DNA of 55,547 bases. It comes from a virus (Duplodnaviria > Caudoviricetes). The notes beneath the pieces are model-generated. The model was not told the origin of the DNA. It saw only the letters and a program-made list of their open reading frames with translations, and did no database searches. The stretch lies in the IMG/VR virus record IMGVR_UViG_3300037961_002849, positions 1-55,547 of that record, one strand, 5' to 3'. Made by a program: the position numbers and the translations under genes. The first letter of the stretch is position 1. The number at the start of each line of letters is the position of its first letter. Of the stretch, positions 54,293-55,547 are shown one piece after another.

Positions 54293-54842
54293 ATCTCATT
54301 CTCCAGTATTTCTCTCCGTCGATTTCTATTTCGTAGTCGGAATTCTTTGAAAACCCTACGATATCGCCTACCCTAATTCCAGCCTCTTCCAGAACCTTAT
54401 TTGTAAACGCAACCTTGCCGCGCTTATTTTCTTTCTCTTCAAAGCTTATGATTTGGATGGTGTTGCTCTTGAGCTCTTCTTCCTCTTCCATGGGGTGGAG
54501 CAGTACCCATCCCGATAGTGCTCGGATGCCGTTTTCATCTTTCACGGCGAATGCCTGGGATGAATATGGAGTGTCGGGGTGGTATCTTACTATGAATAGT
54601 TTTTCATCTTCATATACTAACCCTTGGCCTTTATCCATTACCACGTGGTGGTGGAAGTATAGTGTATCACCTTTGTTTGCGATATTTTCATCGCGCATGG
54701 GCACGGAGACGATCTCGCCTTCCATCACCCGGTGTTCAAACTCATTGTATTTTGAAGCTAGATAAAGCTCCTCCCCGTTCACCTCTATGGTGTCTTTAAA
54801 TCTCTTGGATAGACGCACCAAGAAATTCTCTACCATTTTCAT
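54246..54842 (-). CDS. Co-chaperonin GroES-like protein with two tandem domains
   Basis: RALSGWVLLHP...GKV...VGDIVGF...EIEIDGEKYWRMRFDDLL, plus an N-terminal GEIVSVP..KGDTLYF copy. Confidence 0.75.
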   Translation of the reverse strand: MKMVENFLVRLSKRFKDTIEVNGEELYLASKYNEFEHRVMEGEIVSVPMRDENIANKGDTLYFHHHVVMDKGQGLVYEDEKLFIVRYHPDTPYSSQAFAVKDENGIRALSGWVLLHPMEEEEELKSNTIQIISFEEKENKRGKVAFTNKVLEEAGIRVGDIVGFSKNSDYEIEIDGEKYWRMRFDDLLYVEIEEVHNA

Positions 54843-54845
54843 ACG

Positions 54846-55079
54846 CTAGAAATTTAAGTCATATTCAATTAAGCAGGGTACGTTCTCTACTGTTTTCCAC
54901 AGCATCAAACCTTCCTCCCCTTTCAAATATACTAAATATCTTTTGATTGAGTGTTTTGCGAGATGTCTTTCGTCCAATATAATGGAGTCTACTTTCATTT
55001 GCCCTACGCGCATACCTACGTAATACGCCATTGCGTCCTTGGGATTTTGCCCAATGACAACTTTTCTAATAAGATTCAT
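54846..55079 (-). CDS. Conserved hypothetical protein
   Basis: IRKVVIG.NPKDAMAYYVG motif. Confidence 0.7.
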   Translation of the reverse strand: MNLIRKVVIGQNPKDAMAYYVGMRVGQMKVDSIILDERHLAKHSIKRYLVYLKGEEGLMLWKTVENVPCLIEYDLNF

Positions 55080-55080
55080 T

Positions 55081-55365
55081 TTAATTTAATCTATTTATCC
55101 ACCAGTCTATTGTTCCGTTTGGGGGATCGTCTTTATTTTCCTCCCAAGCTTGCATCATAAAGTCGGTAACCTCATCGAATTCATCGTCGTTGTCAAATAC
55201 AAAATCATACACTGCGTTGAGCTTGTTTGTCTCGGACTCATCATCGATAATGCCCACGAAACAAGAGAGCACGAGTCTGTCATCGATACCGATTTCGTAT
55301 GCCATTTCTTTTATGCTGGCAAGAACCGTGGCAACAGTCTCCAAAAACTCTTGGTCGCTGGTCAT
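55081..55365 (-). CDS. Acidic hypothetical protein
   Basis: ORF downstream of a promoter. Confidence 0.65.
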   Translation of the reverse strand: MTSDQEFLETVATVLASIKEMAYEIGIDDRLVLSCFVGIIDDESETNKLNAVYDFVFDNDDEFDEVTDFMMQAWEENKDDPPNGTIDWWINRLN

Positions 55366-55389
55366 ATTATTTTTAATTTAGCTGTTAAA

Positions 55390-55397
55390 CAAATATA
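55390..55397 (-). promoter_or_regulatory. -7 box TATATTTG
   Basis: Intergenic consensus match. Confidence 0.55.
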
Positions 55398-55462
55398 ATT
55401 TAAAATCTAAGGCGCCGATGAAAGCTTCCAGATCTTTACCACCAATTATTTATTCACAGCAT

Positions 55463-55547
55463 ATGGCCGCCGCTCAACTCTGGAGGGACATTATTGATGA
55501 ATACCAAATAAAAACCAACCGGCAGCGCCGAAATGTTAGGGTGCGTC
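55463..55547 (+). CDS. 3'-truncated hypothetical protein (MAAAQLWRDIIDEY...)
   Basis: Frame is open to the window end. Confidence 0.4.
   Translation, partial: MAAAQLWRDIIDEYQIKTNRQRRNVRVR

Noticed and set aside
1-55547. Alternative genetic code (stop-codon reassignment as in some crAss-like phages)
   Set aside because: The large genes are intact under code 11, and TAA, TAG and TGA all terminate genes.

Overview
This window is a near-complete (~55.5 kb) genome of a tailed dsDNA podophage with a crAss-like structural gene set. The host is most likely Bacteroidota (Flavobacteriia-like): Bacteroidetes-type TAnnTTTG promoter boxes precede most transcription units, and start codons lack Shine-Dalgarno sequences. 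The + strand (1.5-11.9 kb) carries small early genes, an ERF/exonuclease/SSB recombination module, a VirE_N-type primase-helicase and nucleases. The - strand carries lysis genes, a 3324-aa virion polyprotein, tail, capsid, scaffold, tail fibres, portal, terminase and a tandem GroES-like gene. I recognised no DNA polymerase, RNA polymerase, integrase, tRNA or CRISPR array. The most striking features are: (1) a candidate ~65-nt late sRNA (38441-38505, own promoter and terminator) antisense to an ATGCCTTATG motif found at the start codons of several + strand genes; (2) a giant virion protein divided by four (D/N)RARL motifs into two protein kinases and a glycosylase-like module, preceded by a zincin-like domain; (3) micro-ORFs missed by the ORF track, including a free-standing peptide resembling the redox C-terminal tail of NrdA and a 43-aa lipoprotein. 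All family assignments come from recognising motifs by eye, not from database searches.
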